Shown here: positions 9,143 to 19,181 of the stretch, in pieces | Layout: each line of letters opens with the position of its first letter | Numbering within the stretch: the stretch's first letter is position 1 | Sequence record: DRR723986_10321 | Reading direction: 5' to 3' (one strand) | DNA length: 38,168 nt | The notes under the pieces: generated by a model | What the model saw: only the letters and a program-made list of their open reading frames with translations | Databases searched by the model: none | Told to the model about the DNA's origin: nothing | Position numbers and translations under genes: made by a program

Positions 9143-10666
9143 ATGGTAGATTTCGCTACAATCCTTGCCGGTTTCGCCGATGCATTCACCCTTTGGAACC
9201 TCGCCTTTGTCCTGTTTGGGGTTGTTCTTGGCCAGTTTGTTGGCGCCGTCCCCGGCATCGGTCCGGTCATGGCCATGGCAATCGCGATCCCGTTCACCTT
9301 TGGGCTTGATCCCCTGCCCGCGATTGCGTTTCTGGTGGGCGTGAACAAGGGCGGGCTTGTTGGCGGGGCCGTTCCGGCGGTGCTGATGAACACGCCCGGA
9401 ACACCGGATGCCGCTGCAACTGCGATGGATGGCTATCCATTGGCCCGTGCGGGAAAGCCCTTAAAAGCCACCAAGATGGCACTGTTTTCCTCTGTCACGG
9501 GGGATACGTTTTCAGACATCGTTCTCATTACAGTTTCGGCGCCACTCGCTATTTTGGCATTGCGCATGGGGCCCGTAGAAATTTTTGCGCTGATGATCTT
9601 TGCCTTTTCCGTTCTTTCCGGCCTTATCGGCAATTCGCTGATCAAAGGGATCATTGCCGCTGCTCTGGGCCTGTTGTGCGCCAGCATCGGCAGCGATCCC
9701 GAAAACTATACGCCACGATTGATCTTTGGGTATTTTGAGTTGTTCGATGGTCTTCCCTTACCCTCAGTTGCGATCGGTATGCTGGCGATATCCGAGATCC
9801 TGCGGCGCCTGTCACAGATCCGAGGCGACATGCGTGGCGCGATTGAACTGCACGACACCGGGAACCCGGATGACCGCCGGGTGACGTGGGCAGAATATTG
9901 GGGATGCCGGTTCACGATGCTGCGCGGTGCCGTGATCGGCACGATCCTAGGCGCGTTGCCCGGGATCGGATCCACCGCCGCCGCGTTCATGTCTTATGCA
10001 AGCGCCAAGACCACGTCGAAAGAGCCCGAGACCTTTGGCAAAGGCAACCTGCACGGGATCGCTGCAGCCGAGTCCGCAAATTCAGCTGTCGTTGGGTCAA
10101 ACCTGATCCCGCTATTGACCCTTGGCATCCCCGGCAGTGTCGGCGCCGCCCTGATCATTTCAGCGTTCATGATCCACGGCATTCAGCCCGGCCCTTTGTT
10201 GTTTCAGGACCAAGGACGGCTGATCTATGGTCTGTTCGGTGCGATGATCATGGCCAACCTGCTGAACCTATGGGTCGGCCAGCTGGGTTTACGATTCTGG
10301 GTCAAGGTCGTGTCGGCCCCTGAATCCATCATCTTTGCCTCTGCCCTATTGCTCTGCATCGTCGGTGTTTCGATGGCGACGGGGGGTATTTTCGGGGTTG
10401 CGATCATGCTGATCTTTGCCGGTCTTGGCTATCTGATGACCAGCTTTGGATTTTCCGTCGTCATCTTTATCATCGCCTTTTTCTTGGGTCCCCGGTTTGA
10501 AATCTCGCTATCTCAAAGCCTTGCCTTGATGAACGGGGATTGGAGCAATTTGATGGGATACCCGATTGCCTTGGCTCTGCTGACGCTTTCAGCCGTGTCG
10601 CTGGCCTGGTTCCTCAGCCGGGCCCAGTCCGATGATCTTCCGCCAGAAACCTCTATCGAAGAGTGA
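9143..10666 (+). CDS. Tripartite tricarboxylate transporter large permease (TctA family)
   Basis: Repeated GAVPGIG and GALPGIG motifs, NTPGTP, DGYPLA, AAAESANSA, PLLTLGIPG. Highly hydrophobic. Confidence 0.92.
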   Translation: MVDFATILAGFADAFTLWNLAFVLFGVVLGQFVGAVPGIGPVMAMAIAIPFTFGLDPLPAIAFLVGVNKGGLVGGAVPAVLMNTPGTPDAAATAMDGYPLARAGKPLKATKMALFSSVTGDTFSDIVLITVSAPLAILALRMGPVEIFALMIFAFSVLSGLIGNSLIKGIIAAALGLLCASIGSDPENYTPRLIFGYFELFDGLPLPSVAIGMLAISEILRRLSQIRGDMRGAIELHDTGNPDDRRVTWAEYWGCRFTMLRGAVIGTILGALPGIGSTAAAFMSYASAKTTSKEPETFGKGNLHGIAAAESANSAVVGSNLIPLLTLGIPGSVGAALIISAFMIHGIQPGPLLFQDQGRLIYGLFGAMIMANLLNLWVGQLGLRFWVKVVSAPESIIFASALLLCIVGVSMATGGIFGVAIMLIFAGLGYLMTSFGFSVVIFIIAFFLGPRFEISLSQSLALMNGDWSNLMGYPIALALLTLSAVSLAWFLSRAQSDDLPPETSIEE

Positions 10667-10713
10667 GTTGCAGCGCCTCTATCCTGATATGACGTGACGG
10701 TATCACCAGAAAT

Positions 10714-10753
10714 ACTGGACATTTGTCCAGTGTTTTTGACTAATATTCGTCAA
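10714..10753. promoter_or_regulatory. Palindromic operator(s) upstream of the GMC gene
   Basis: Perfect inverted repeat ACTGGACA-TT-TGTCCAGT (10714-10731), followed by TTGAC-N8-GTCAA (10736-10753) that includes a -35-like TTGACT. Confidence 0.6.
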
Positions 10754-10832
10754 CCACACCGAAAGATTCAGTTTCTTTCACGTGTGCACTGGTCTCACTG
10801 AGGTTTCAGTGACCAGCCTTGGGAGGGGTGCT

Positions 10833-12452
10833 ATGAAGTATGATTTTGTAATCGTTGGTGGTGGTTCCGCAGGTGCAACAATTGCATCTCGGCTCAGCGA
10901 GGACCCAAACGTCACTGTTTGCCTGCTCGAAGCAGGCGGAGACGGCAAGGATCTGTTGATCCGCACGCCAGTCGGCGTGGTTGCCATGTTGCCCGGCTAT
11001 GGAAAGATCAACAACTGGGCCTTTAATACAGTGCCCCAGCCCGGCCTGAATGGGCGCCAAGGGTACCAACCCCGCGGTCGCACATTGGGTGGGTCCTCTG
11101 CAATTAACGCCATGCTCTATGTTCGCGGACAAAAGGAAGACTACGACGGCTGGGCCGCTCTTGGCTGTGACGGTTGGGCATGGGACGACGTCCTGCCCTT
11201 TTTCAAAAAGGCCGAGAACAACATCAACGGTGCCGATGATTATCATGGGTCATCAGGGCCGTTGCAGGTGTCCAACGCCAAGGCCCCCCGCCCCATCTCC
11301 AAAGCGTTTGTCGAGGCAAACACCCAAATGCAAATCCGTGAAACGCAGGATTTCAATGAAGGCGACAACGAAGGGGCTGCCCTGTATCAGACGACCCTGT
11401 TTCATGACAGCGAGCGGAACGGCGAACGCTGTTCTGCGGCGGCGGCCTATCTGCACCCGGTGATGGCAGATCGCCCGAACCTGACAGTGATTACGCGGGC
11501 GCATGCCACACGTGTTCTATTCGATGGAAAACGCGCGGTTGGTGTCGCCTATCGCAATGGCAAAACGACCCACGAAGTACACGCAAACAAAGAAGTTGTT
11601 TTGTCGGGCGGTGCCTTCCAATCGCCCCAGCTGTTGCAGCTTTCCGGGGTTGGGCGGCCCCAAGATATTGTTCAACACGGCATCGAAATGGTGCACGAAT
11701 TGCCCGGTGTCGGCCAGAACCTACAAGATCATCTTGATTTCATTTTGGCCTATTCGACCAAGGACACCGACAATCTGGGCATCGGCCTGAGAGGGTCGTT
11801 TAAGCTGCTCAAAGAACTCGTGAAATGGCGGAAAACGGGCAACTCGATGGCCGCTTCGACCATTGCCGAAGCCGGGAGTTTCTTTAAGACGGACCCATCC
11901 TTGGATCGCCCCGACGTGCAGACCCATTTTGTGATTGCAGTTGTTGATGATCATTCGCGCAAGCTGCATCTGGGGCACGGATATTCCTGTCATGTCTGTG
12001 TTCTGCGACCCTATTCGCGTGGCGAAGTGGTGCTGAATTCAGGCGATCCGATGGATGCCCCCAGCATCGACCCCAAGTTCCTGAGCGATGAACGTGATTT
12101 GCAAACGCTCATCAAAGGGGCGCGTAAAACCCGCGACATCCTCAATGCACCTGCGTTGAAAGGCTATCAACACAAAGAGCTGTTTGGCGTGCACGACGAC
12201 ATGACCGATGCGGAATGGGAACACCACATCCGCGACCGCGCCGATACTGTCTACCACCCTGTCGGGACCTGCAAAATGGGGGGTGATGATCTGGCCGTGG
12301 TGGATGCCGAGCTCAAAGTTCACGGGCTCGACGGACTGCGGGTTGCGGATGCATCCATCATGCCGACCGTTGTCTCTGGCAATACCAATGCGCCGTCGAT
12401 CATGATCGGTGAAAAATGCGCCGACATGATCAAAACCCAATACGCCACCTAG
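10833..12452 (+). CDS. GMC family FAD oxidoreductase (AlkJ/choline dehydrogenase-like alcohol dehydrogenase)
   Basis: [58 protein letters not shown] at 10833 follows GGAGG. Confidence 0.9.
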   Translation: MKYDFVIVGGGSAGATIASRLSEDPNVTVCLLEAGGDGKDLLIRTPVGVVAMLPGYGKINNWAFNTVPQPGLNGRQGYQPRGRTLGGSSAINAMLYVRGQKEDYDGWAALGCDGWAWDDVLPFFKKAENNINGADDYHGSSGPLQVSNAKAPRPISKAFVEANTQMQIRETQDFNEGDNEGAALYQTTLFHDSERNGERCSAAAAYLHPVMADRPNLTVITRAHATRVLFDGKRAVGVAYRNGKTTHEVHANKEVVLSGGAFQSPQLLQLSGVGRPQDIVQHGIEMVHELPGVGQNLQDHLDFILAYSTKDTDNLGIGLRGSFKLLKELVKWRKTGNSMAASTIAEAGSFFKTDPSLDRPDVQTHFVIAVVDDHSRKLHLGHGYSCHVCVLRPYSRGEVVLNSGDPMDAPSIDPKFLSDERDLQTLIKGARKTRDILNAPALKGYQHKELFGVHDDMTDAEWEHHIRDRADTVYHPVGTCKMGGDDLAVVDAELKVHGLDGLRVADASIMPTVVSGNTNAPSIMIGEKCADMIKTQYAT

Positions 12453-12505
12453 CCGCGTATTGGTCGAACATCGAATTAAACACACAAGAACAAGGGGGCT
12501 AAGAC

Positions 12506-14134
12506 ATGCTTGGTTCAATGATGAAACAGGATCTGCTGATCAGCGATCTGATTGTACACGCGGCCAAATTCCATGCGGATACGGAAATCATTTCGCGCGA
12601 GATTGACGGATCTATCAACACCAGCAACTGGAGCGAAGTTGAAAGCGACGCCCGCCAGTTGGCTTCGGCCCTTGGCAAGCTGGGGTTGGAACAAGGCGAC
12701 CGGATCGCGACCTTGGCTTGGAACAATCACCGGCACCTGAAAGTCTGGTTTGCGGTGTCGGGTGGGGGCATGGTGTGTCACACACTGAACCCACGTCTGT
12801 TTCCCGAACAATTCATTTTCATCTGCAACGATGCGGCCGACAAAGCGATCTTTTTCGACAAGACGTTCATGCCATTAATCACCGGCACACGCGACCATCT
12901 GAAAACGATTGAACACTTCATCTATATGGGGGCCCACGACCCCGAAGTCGCTGCAGCCGTGCCCGGCGTGGTGTTCTTTGATGATCTCGTCACCTCGGGC
13001 GATGAAGCGTATCAATGGCCCGCGCTGAGCGAGGACACACCCTGTTCGCTGTGCTATACCTCGGGCACGACCGGCAACCCCAAAGGGGTGCTGTATTACC
13101 ATCGCTCAACGATGCTGCATACATTTGCGATTTCGTTGCCAGATGGTCTGTCACTGTCGGCACAGGAAACAATCCTGCCTGTGGTCCCGATGTTCCATGC
13201 CAACGCGTGGGGCATTCCTTATGCAGCCGCCATGTGTGGTGCCAAATTGATCATGCCCGGCCCCGGCTTGGACGGCGATAGCTTGTTGGGCTTGATTGAC
13301 GACTATCAGGTCAGTCTGGCGTTGGGTGTACCGACAATCTGGCAAATGTTGCTGGCCTCGGCTGCCAAATCCGGGTCAAAAATGGACAGCCTCAAACGCA
13401 ATGTGATCGGCGGTTCCGCCGCTGCGCCGTCGATGATCGCCACCTTCCGTGATGATTATGGCTGCGATACGATCCATGCGTGGGGCATGACCGAAACCAG
13501 CCCATTGGGAACGGCGAACCGTCCCAAAAGCAAGCATTCGGACTTGGATGCTGACATGATGGCCGCCCTGCGTTTGGGACAGGGTCGTCCCCCTTTCGGC
13601 ATTGATCTGCGCATTGTTGACGACGCTGGTGCGGCACTGCCCCATGATGGCGTTTCCGAAGGGGCCTTGCAGGTGCGCGGACACTGGGTTGTCGACACGT
13701 ATTTCGGCAAAGAGGACACCGCGCTGACGGCGGATGGCTGGTTTGACACGGGCGATGTTTCCACCATTGATGCAGATGGATTCATGGTGATCCGGGATCG
13801 CACCAAGGATATTATTAAGTCAGGCGGCGAATGGATTTCGTCAGTGGATCTGGAAGGCATTGCAGTTTCCCACCCCGGCGTGGCCATGGCAGCAGCCATC
13901 GGCGCAAAGCATCCCAAATGGGACGAACGGCCCATCATTGTCGCCGTCAAAGCCGAAGGTGCCGACCCGTCTGAGGATGAAATCCTTGCCCTGTTCCATG
14001 ACAAAGTGGCCAAGTGGCAAATTCCGGATGCGGTGGTTTTTGCTGATGCCATCCCACTGAACGGGACCGGGAAGATGCTGAAAAACAAGCTGCGCGATCA
14101 ATTTGGCAACACGCTCATCGACCGGGGACTCTGA
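12506..14134 (+). CDS. Medium/long-chain acyl-CoA ligase of the AlkK/DmdB type
   Basis: LCYTSGTTGNPKG, VVPMFHANAWG, AWGMTETSPLG, GWFDTGD, DRTKDIIKSGGEWISS, HPKWDERP, TGKMLK. The N-terminus MLGSMM resembles Roseobacter DmdB-type ligases as I recall them. Confidence 0.88.
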   Translation: MLGSMMKQDLLISDLIVHAAKFHADTEIISREIDGSINTSNWSEVESDARQLASALGKLGLEQGDRIATLAWNNHRHLKVWFAVSGGGMVCHTLNPRLFPEQFIFICNDAADKAIFFDKTFMPLITGTRDHLKTIEHFIYMGAHDPEVAAAVPGVVFFDDLVTSGDEAYQWPALSEDTPCSLCYTSGTTGNPKGVLYYHRSTMLHTFAISLPDGLSLSAQETILPVVPMFHANAWGIPYAAAMCGAKLIMPGPGLDGDSLLGLIDDYQVSLALGVPTIWQMLLASAAKSGSKMDSLKRNVIGGSAAAPSMIATFRDDYGCDTIHAWGMTETSPLGTANRPKSKHSDLDADMMAALRLGQGRPPFGIDLRIVDDAGAALPHDGVSEGALQVRGHWVVDTYFGKEDTALTADGWFDTGDVSTIDADGFMVIRDRTKDIIKSGGEWISSVDLEGIAVSHPGVAMAAAIGAKHPKWDERPIIVAVKAEGADPSEDEILALFHDKVAKWQIPDAVVFADAIPLNGTGKMLKNKLRDQFGNTLIDRGL

Positions 14135-14140
14135 TATGGC

Positions 14141-14175
14141 GGGGACCCAAACAGGGTGTAAGGGTTTGGGTCCCC
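14141..14175 (+). terminator. 12-bp perfect stem hairpin after the CoA ligase gene
   Basis: GGGGACCCAAAC (14141-14152) pairs with GTTTGGGTCCCC (14164-14175), followed by a T-rich stretch. Confidence 0.7.
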
Positions 14176-14254
14176 ACTCGTATTTCGCTTCTTTGCTTGA
14201 TACGCCCCACCCTATGAGATTGACCCGCGACTTTTCCGATCAAAGAGATCGAAC

Positions 14255-14866
14255 ATGACTGACCTGCCCGAAAAGCTGCAACAGCGCCATGCCCGCAAGA
14301 ATGCGAAGCGAGACGAGAAAAAGCGCCTGATCGCTGAAAGCGCCATAAAGGTGCTCAAAGAGCTGGGGTATGCAAACACATCACTGCGCGACATTGCCGA
14401 AAAATGCGGTTTGTCCTTGGGCATGTTGCACTACTATTTCGAAGATCGATCAGACCTGATCATCTATTGTGCGTCGGTGTACAAACAGGAATTTGCGCGC
14501 AACATCATCGACGCGTTGAGCAAGGCGCAGGGGCGTGATCAAGTGATTGATGCCTTTGCACAGGCGCTTGCATCCTCCATCATCGACGAACGCAGATCCC
14601 ATAGCCTGTGGTATGATATTCGCACGCAGGCGATGTTTGATGAGACATTCCGCGCAGCCGCGGTTGAAATCGAAAACATGTTGATCGCGATTGTTCGGAC
14701 TGCCTTTGAAAAAACAGGACATACCTCATTTGAAGAGGTCGAGATCCACTATGCGTTGCTGGACGGTGTATTTCGTTTTTTGATGCAAAATCAGATTGGC
14801 GCGCCCCCCAAATCCCATGAGGAACTCGCCGCGACGTTCAAGACATTGCTCGAACGGTTCCTATAA
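14255..14866 (+). CDS. TetR/AcrR family transcriptional regulator
   Basis: N-terminal HTH GYANTSLRDIAEKCGLSLGMLHYYF. Confidence 0.92.
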   Translation: MTDLPEKLQQRHARKNAKRDEKKRLIAESAIKVLKELGYANTSLRDIAEKCGLSLGMLHYYFEDRSDLIIYCASVYKQEFARNIIDALSKAQGRDQVIDAFAQALASSIIDERRSHSLWYDIRTQAMFDETFRAAAVEIENMLIAIVRTAFEKTGHTSFEEVEIHYALLDGVFRFLMQNQIGAPPKSHEELAATFKTLLERFL

Positions 14867-14871
14867 GCAAA

Positions 14872-14897
14872 AGAGACAGGACCTAAGCCCTGTCTCT
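14872..14897. terminator. Hairpin between convergent tetR and aminotransferase genes
   Basis: AGAGACAGG pairs with CCTGTCTCT. A short A-run on the left gives a U-tract for the minus strand. Confidence 0.6.
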
Positions 14898-14922
14898 GAC
14901 GGTCTCTAGGCTAGAATATGCA

Positions 14923-16296
14923 CTATGCTTTGAGATCGTCCATTGTCGCACTGATGCTCTCGCGCAGGATACCTTCGATCGAGGCGATGTTGTCTGCGTC
15001 CAAGATCAGGGTTGGTGACAGAATTAGGCTGTTGCCAAGTGCGCGCGCAATCAACCCGCGATCTTGGGCATGTTTGGCGACCTGTCCACCCACATTGTCA
15101 TCCGCGTCAAACTCGGTTTTTGTCGCCTTGTCTTTGATGAACTCCAGACCCATCATAAAGTGGCTCCCGCGTACATCACCGACGATATCAAGGTCCCCCA
15201 ATCCACGCAGTGCATTTTCAAAGATCTTGCCGGTGACCTGAACCTGTCCTGGAATGTCTTCGCGCTCCAAGATCTCGATATTGGCCAACCCGGCCGCCGC
15301 AGCCGCAGGGTGCCCGGAATAGGTCATCCCATGCAGGAACATCGCACCCGGCTCTGAAATCACATCATAGATTTCATCGCTGATGATGGTCGCTGACAAC
15401 GGTTGATACCCCGAGGTTAAACCCTTGGCCGTGTTGATGATATCAGGCTGCATTCCAAACACATCTTCTGAGGCAAACATTGCCCCCAATCGCCCAAATG
15501 CCGTCACCACCTCGTCTGCGATGTATTTGATGTCATTGGCCGCCGTAATCTCACGCATCCGCTTGTGATAGCCATCAGGTGCAACCAAAACACCCCCGGC
15601 CCCCATGATCGGCTCGGCAATGAAACAAGCGATATTCTCGGCCCCGATGTCGTGGATCGCCTTTTCCATATCTGCGACCAAAACGTCTAGGAATTCAGCA
15701 TCGCTCATCCCCGGCTCCGCTTGGTGATAGGCGCAGGGTTCCATCAGGTGATGCACCAACCCATCGGCGGCGGTGTCCCACCCCTCGGAATATCCCGGGG
15801 TTGTCATCGCCATCGCCAGATGGGTTGAGCCGTGATAGGCGCCCATGCGCGACAGGATCTTTTTCTTGTTCGGGCGTCCCAAGCGGTTGTTATAATGGTG
15901 TAACATGCGGATGGCACTGTCGTTCGCCACCGATCCCGAATTGCCAAAATAGACCCGGTTCAGGTTCCCCGGCGCGAGCGAGGCCAGCTTATCCGCCAAT
16001 GCAGCGGCGGCGGGATGGGTAAAGTTGTAAAACGTGGAATAATAGTCCAGCGTGTTGAGCTGGTTGGTGATGGCGTCAATGATTTCCCGACGGCCATGGC
16101 CAACATTTACACACCACAACCCCCCAATCCCGTCGATCAGTTTGTTGCCTTCGCTGTCCGTTACATGGATGCCTTCGGCCCCGACAATTGCGGTGCGGGC
16201 CCCGTTCTGTTTCAAGGCATCCAGATTGGCAAAAGACTGAATCAGATGCGCATCTTTGGTCAGAATATCGTCTGTGGTTTTCAACGGATAGGTCAC
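14923..16296 (-). CDS. Class III PLP aminotransferase (omega-amine/polyamine:pyruvate transaminase-like)
   Basis: DGIGGLWCVNVGHG, SGSVAND, AYHGST, FIAEPIMGAGG, IADEVVTAFGR, TAKGLTSGY (PLP lysine), HGMTYSGHP. Last gene of the polyamine ABC operon. Confidence 0.88.
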   Translation of the reverse strand: MTYPLKTTDDILTKDAHLIQSFANLDALKQNGARTAIVGAEGIHVTDSEGNKLIDGIGGLWCVNVGHGRREIIDAITNQLNTLDYYSTFYNFTHPAAAALADKLASLAPGNLNRVYFGNSGSVANDSAIRMLHHYNNRLGRPNKKKILSRMGAYHGSTHLAMAMTTPGYSEGWDTAADGLVHHLMEPCAYHQAEPGMSDAEFLDVLVADMEKAIHDIGAENIACFIAEPIMGAGGVLVAPDGYHKRMREITAANDIKYIADEVVTAFGRLGAMFASEDVFGMQPDIINTAKGLTSGYQPLSATIISDEIYDVISEPGAMFLHGMTYSGHPAAAAAGLANIEILEREDIPGQVQVTGKIFENALRGLGDLDIVGDVRGSHFMMGLEFIKDKATKTEFDADDNVGGQVAKHAQDRGLIARALGNSLILSPTLILDADNIASIEGILRESISATMDDLKA

Positions 16297-16397
16297 GGTT
16301 TTTCTTTCAACCTCGATTCAGGAAAGACAAAAATATCCCGGCCCACCGCATCAAAGCGATGGTGCTCAGCACCAAGAAGCAGGCCGGGACTGGGGAG

Positions 16398-17432
16398 TTA
16401 CTTTTTCAGATTGGTCCAGATCGTGTCGTAAACTTCTTGCACCGCCTGATCGCAGGCCATCACAAATTGGCCGGGTTGATCGCTGGGCGGGTTCAGCTCT
16501 GGCGCTGTCTTGACCTCGTCCGTCAGGAACGGCGCGACACCCTCGATACCAGCAGTGTACTGCGCATAATTGGTGATCGCCGCGATGTTTTCCGGCTCAA
16601 GCAGGAAGTTCATGAATTTGATCGCGTTGTCCCGGTTGGGCGCATCTTTCAGCAACACAACGTTATCCATCCAGACCACGAACCCTTCTTTCGGAAAGGC
16701 ATATTCGATGTTCGCCCCCTCGGACCGGGCCTTGGCGGAAAACCCGTTATAAATCATGCCCGCAGACGCATCGCCCGAGACCAACACATCTTTGGCGATG
16801 TCAGATCCAAAGCTTGCCCAATCTGCTTTGACGCCTTGCAACAGGGCATTCAGCGCCTTCAACTGTTCCCGATCCGTGGTGCATTGCGGAATGCCCAGAT
16901 GCATCGACGCCAACGCCAGAACCTCGCCCTGACTGTCCAACACGTTGATCTTACCTTTCAGCTCCGCTGGCGGATCAAAGATGATCGAGGTCGTATTGAT
17001 ATCCCCGCCATAAGCATCCCGGTTCACCGAAAACCCCGTTGATCCCCACTGATAGGGGATTGAGGATTTGCGACCCGGATCAAAGCTGACATCGGCCCAC
17101 TGAGGTTGGATATTCCCGAAATTGCTTAGCTCTGAGTGTTCGAACGTGTCCAACATCCCTTCGCCAGCCATGATTTCAACCATGTAATCACCCGGAACAG
17201 CAACATCATAACTGCCCAGTTTTCCTGCCTTGAGCGAGGCCAGCATCGCCTCGTTACTGTCATAGGTGTCCATGGTGACTTCGACGCCGTGTTCGGCAGC
17301 AAATTTGTCCAATACTTCTTGCGGGATATATTCGAACCAATGGTACACTGACAGCTTGCCTTCGGCCTGTGCAGCGCCGCTTGCCAAGATCAGCGCCAAA
17401 GCCGAGACACCAAGTTTGAATGCGTTTTTCAT
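16398..17432 (-). CDS. Polyamine ABC transporter substrate-binding protein (PotD/PotF family)
   Basis: Signal peptide MKNAFK...AAQA, YHWFEYI, YDSNEAM, PYQWG, PKEG...WMDN. ATG at 17432 follows GAGGA; the ORF-track start overlaps the permease gene. Confidence 0.88.
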   Translation of the reverse strand: MKNAFKLGVSALALILASGAAQAEGKLSVYHWFEYIPQEVLDKFAAEHGVEVTMDTYDSNEAMLASLKAGKLGSYDVAVPGDYMVEIMAGEGMLDTFEHSELSNFGNIQPQWADVSFDPGRKSSIPYQWGSTGFSVNRDAYGGDINTTSIIFDPPAELKGKINVLDSQGEVLALASMHLGIPQCTTDREQLKALNALLQGVKADWASFGSDIAKDVLVSGDASAGMIYNGFSAKARSEGANIEYAFPKEGFVVWMDNVVLLKDAPNRDNAIKFMNFLLEPENIAAITNYAQYTAGIEGVAPFLTDEVKTAPELNPPSDQPGQFVMACDQAVQEVYDTIWTNLKK

Positions 17433-17451
17433 TGCGGTTTCCTCTGTTGGT

Positions 17452-18258
17452 TTATTGTTTTTGACCCTTCCGCCCCACCAGCCAAGACAGGGTGACAAAC
17501 AGCACCGAGACCAGCAAAAGCAGAGTGGAAATCGCCATGATATTGGGCTTGATGCCCTGTTTGACCGATCCAAAGATCGCAGTGGGCAGGGTTTCAATCC
17601 CCGCTCCTTTGACAAAGTTTGTTATGATGAAATCATCCAGCGAGATGATGAAGGCGAGCAGAAATCCCGAGATGATCCCCGGTGCCATCAGTGGCAGCAG
17701 GATCAGGCGAAACGCCTGCCATTTACTTGCATACAGATCTTGCGCCGCGTGCTCATAGACATCTTCGATGCTCTGCATCCGGGCCGCAATCGGCAGGTAA
17801 GCAAACGGAATGCAGAACACGATATGCGCGACCAAGATAGTCAGATAGCCAGACGTAAACCCGATGGCCGAGAAAAAGATAAGTGAGGCCACCGCCGTCA
17901 CGATTTCGGGCACCATCAGCGGCATGTTGACCAAGATAAAGCTGAGCGATTTCCCCCGAAACCGTCCCGCCCGCAGCAAAGCCGTGGCCGCAGAGGTCGC
18001 GATGGCGGTGGAAACCACAGCTGCACTCACCGCGATCACAATCGAGTTCAGCGCCGCCACCTTGAACTTTTCAGCTTCGGGCCCCCAGAACACGTCCCCG
18101 TACCACCGCAAGGACAAGCCGCCCCAGATGGTGATCGAGTTGCTGTCATTGAAAGAATACACCATCACCACGATCAACGGCGCATAGAGCATGAACAGGC
18201 AGGCCCATGTGATGGCCCGAAAGCCAGTGAAGCGGCGCAAGTCAACTTTGCGGGTCAT
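17452..18258 (-). CDS. Polyamine ABC transporter permease (PotC/PotI family)
   Basis: LYAPL...[15 protein letters not shown]-loop [17 protein letters not shown]. Confidence 0.9.
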   Translation of the reverse strand: MTRKVDLRRFTGFRAITWACLFMLYAPLIVVMVYSFNDSNSITIWGGLSLRWYGDVFWGPEAEKFKVAALNSIVIAVSAAVVSTAIATSAATALLRAGRFRGKSLSFILVNMPLMVPEIVTAVASLIFFSAIGFTSGYLTILVAHIVFCIPFAYLPIAARMQSIEDVYEHAAQDLYASKWQAFRLILLPLMAPGIISGFLLAFIISLDDFIITNFVKGAGIETLPTAIFGSVKQGIKPNIMAISTLLLLVSVLFVTLSWLVGRKGQKQ

Positions 18259-19181
18259 CGGCTTGCCTCCTCTTTGGATTGGGCGCGGGCATAAAGCGTC
18301 AGCACCACCATCACCATCGACAGCAAGATCATCGAAATTGCCGCCCCAAACGGCCAGTTGCCTGCGTTCCCTTTGAACTGTTCTTCGATCAGCGAACCGA
18401 TCATGAAGTTCTTGGCCCCACCCAACAGATCCGGTGCCAAAAAGGCGCCAAGACTAGGCACGAAAACCAGAATGCACCCCGCAATGATGCCCGGCTTGAC
18501 GATAGGCAGGATCACCAACCGCAATGTCACCCAATTGCTGGCATACAGATCTGCTGCGGCTTCGGAAAAGGCGAAGTTATAGCGTTCAACGCTCGCATAG
18601 ATCGGCAAGACCATGAACGGCAGATAGGAATAGAACAGACCCAACTGCACGGCAAAGTTGGTGTTGATGATATGCAGCGGAGAGTCGACCAAACCTGTCC
18701 ACAACAAGAACTCATTCAACGGGCCATTGTCACGGATCAGGAATTTCATCGAAATGGTGCGGATCAACAGGTTCACCCAATAAGGGATCGTGATCAAAAA
18801 CAACCAGATCTGCCGGTTGGACCCACTGCGCGTCGCGATAAACCATGCCGTCGGAAAGCCGATGAAGAGGCAGAACACCGTTGCAAGGGCGGCCTGCCAG
18901 ATCGAGCGCCAGAATATGTTGATATAGGTCCATTCAATTTTGGGGGGCTCATCCCTGAACAGGCCGCGATCAAAAAAGAACTGATCATAGGCCGCCAACG
19001 AAAACTCCCAAATGACGCCACCACGAAATTCTTTGGTCAGGAAGGAATAGATCAGCATCAGACCGACGGGCAACACCAAGAAAAACCCGATGATGGCCCA
19101 TGCCGGCAAGATAAGCCGCGGGCCGAGCCCCTCGTACATGTCGGACCCTTTGCCCCCGCTGGAGATACCGCCACCAGCCAT
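18255..19181 (-). CDS. Polyamine ABC transporter permease (PotB/PotH family)
   Basis: [41 protein letters not shown]. Overlaps the next gene by 4 bp. Confidence 0.9.
   Translation of the reverse strand: MAGGGISSGGKGSDMYEGLGPRLILPAWAIIGFFLVLPVGLMLIYSFLTKEFRGGVIWEFSLAAYDQFFFDRGLFRDEPPKIEWTYINIFWRSIWQAALATVFCLFIGFPTAWFIATRSGSNRQIWLFLITIPYWVNLLIRTISMKFLIRDNGPLNEFLLWTGLVDSPLHIINTNFAVQLGLFYSYLPFMVLPIYASVERYNFAFSEAAADLYASNWVTLRLVILPIVKPGIIAGCILVFVPSLGAFLAPDLLGGAKNFMIGSLIEEQFKGNAGNWPFGAAISMILLSMVMVVLTLYARAQSKEEASR

Noticed and set aside
10833-12452. Calling the GMC enzyme betA
   Set aside because: No betB, betI or choline transporter is nearby, and pairing with an acyl-CoA ligase favours an AlkJ-like role.
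17433-17615. N-terminal extension of the PotD-like ORF; similar over-extended starts at 8653, 10782, 21241, 31555, 32943, 35067, 36406 and 37416
   Set aside because: Downstream ATGs have clear RBSs and match family N-termini, and the extensions overlap neighbouring genes or regulatory DNA.
16188-17886. 284-aa and 206-aa plus-strand ORFs
   Set aside because: Antisense to the polyamine binding-protein and permease genes.
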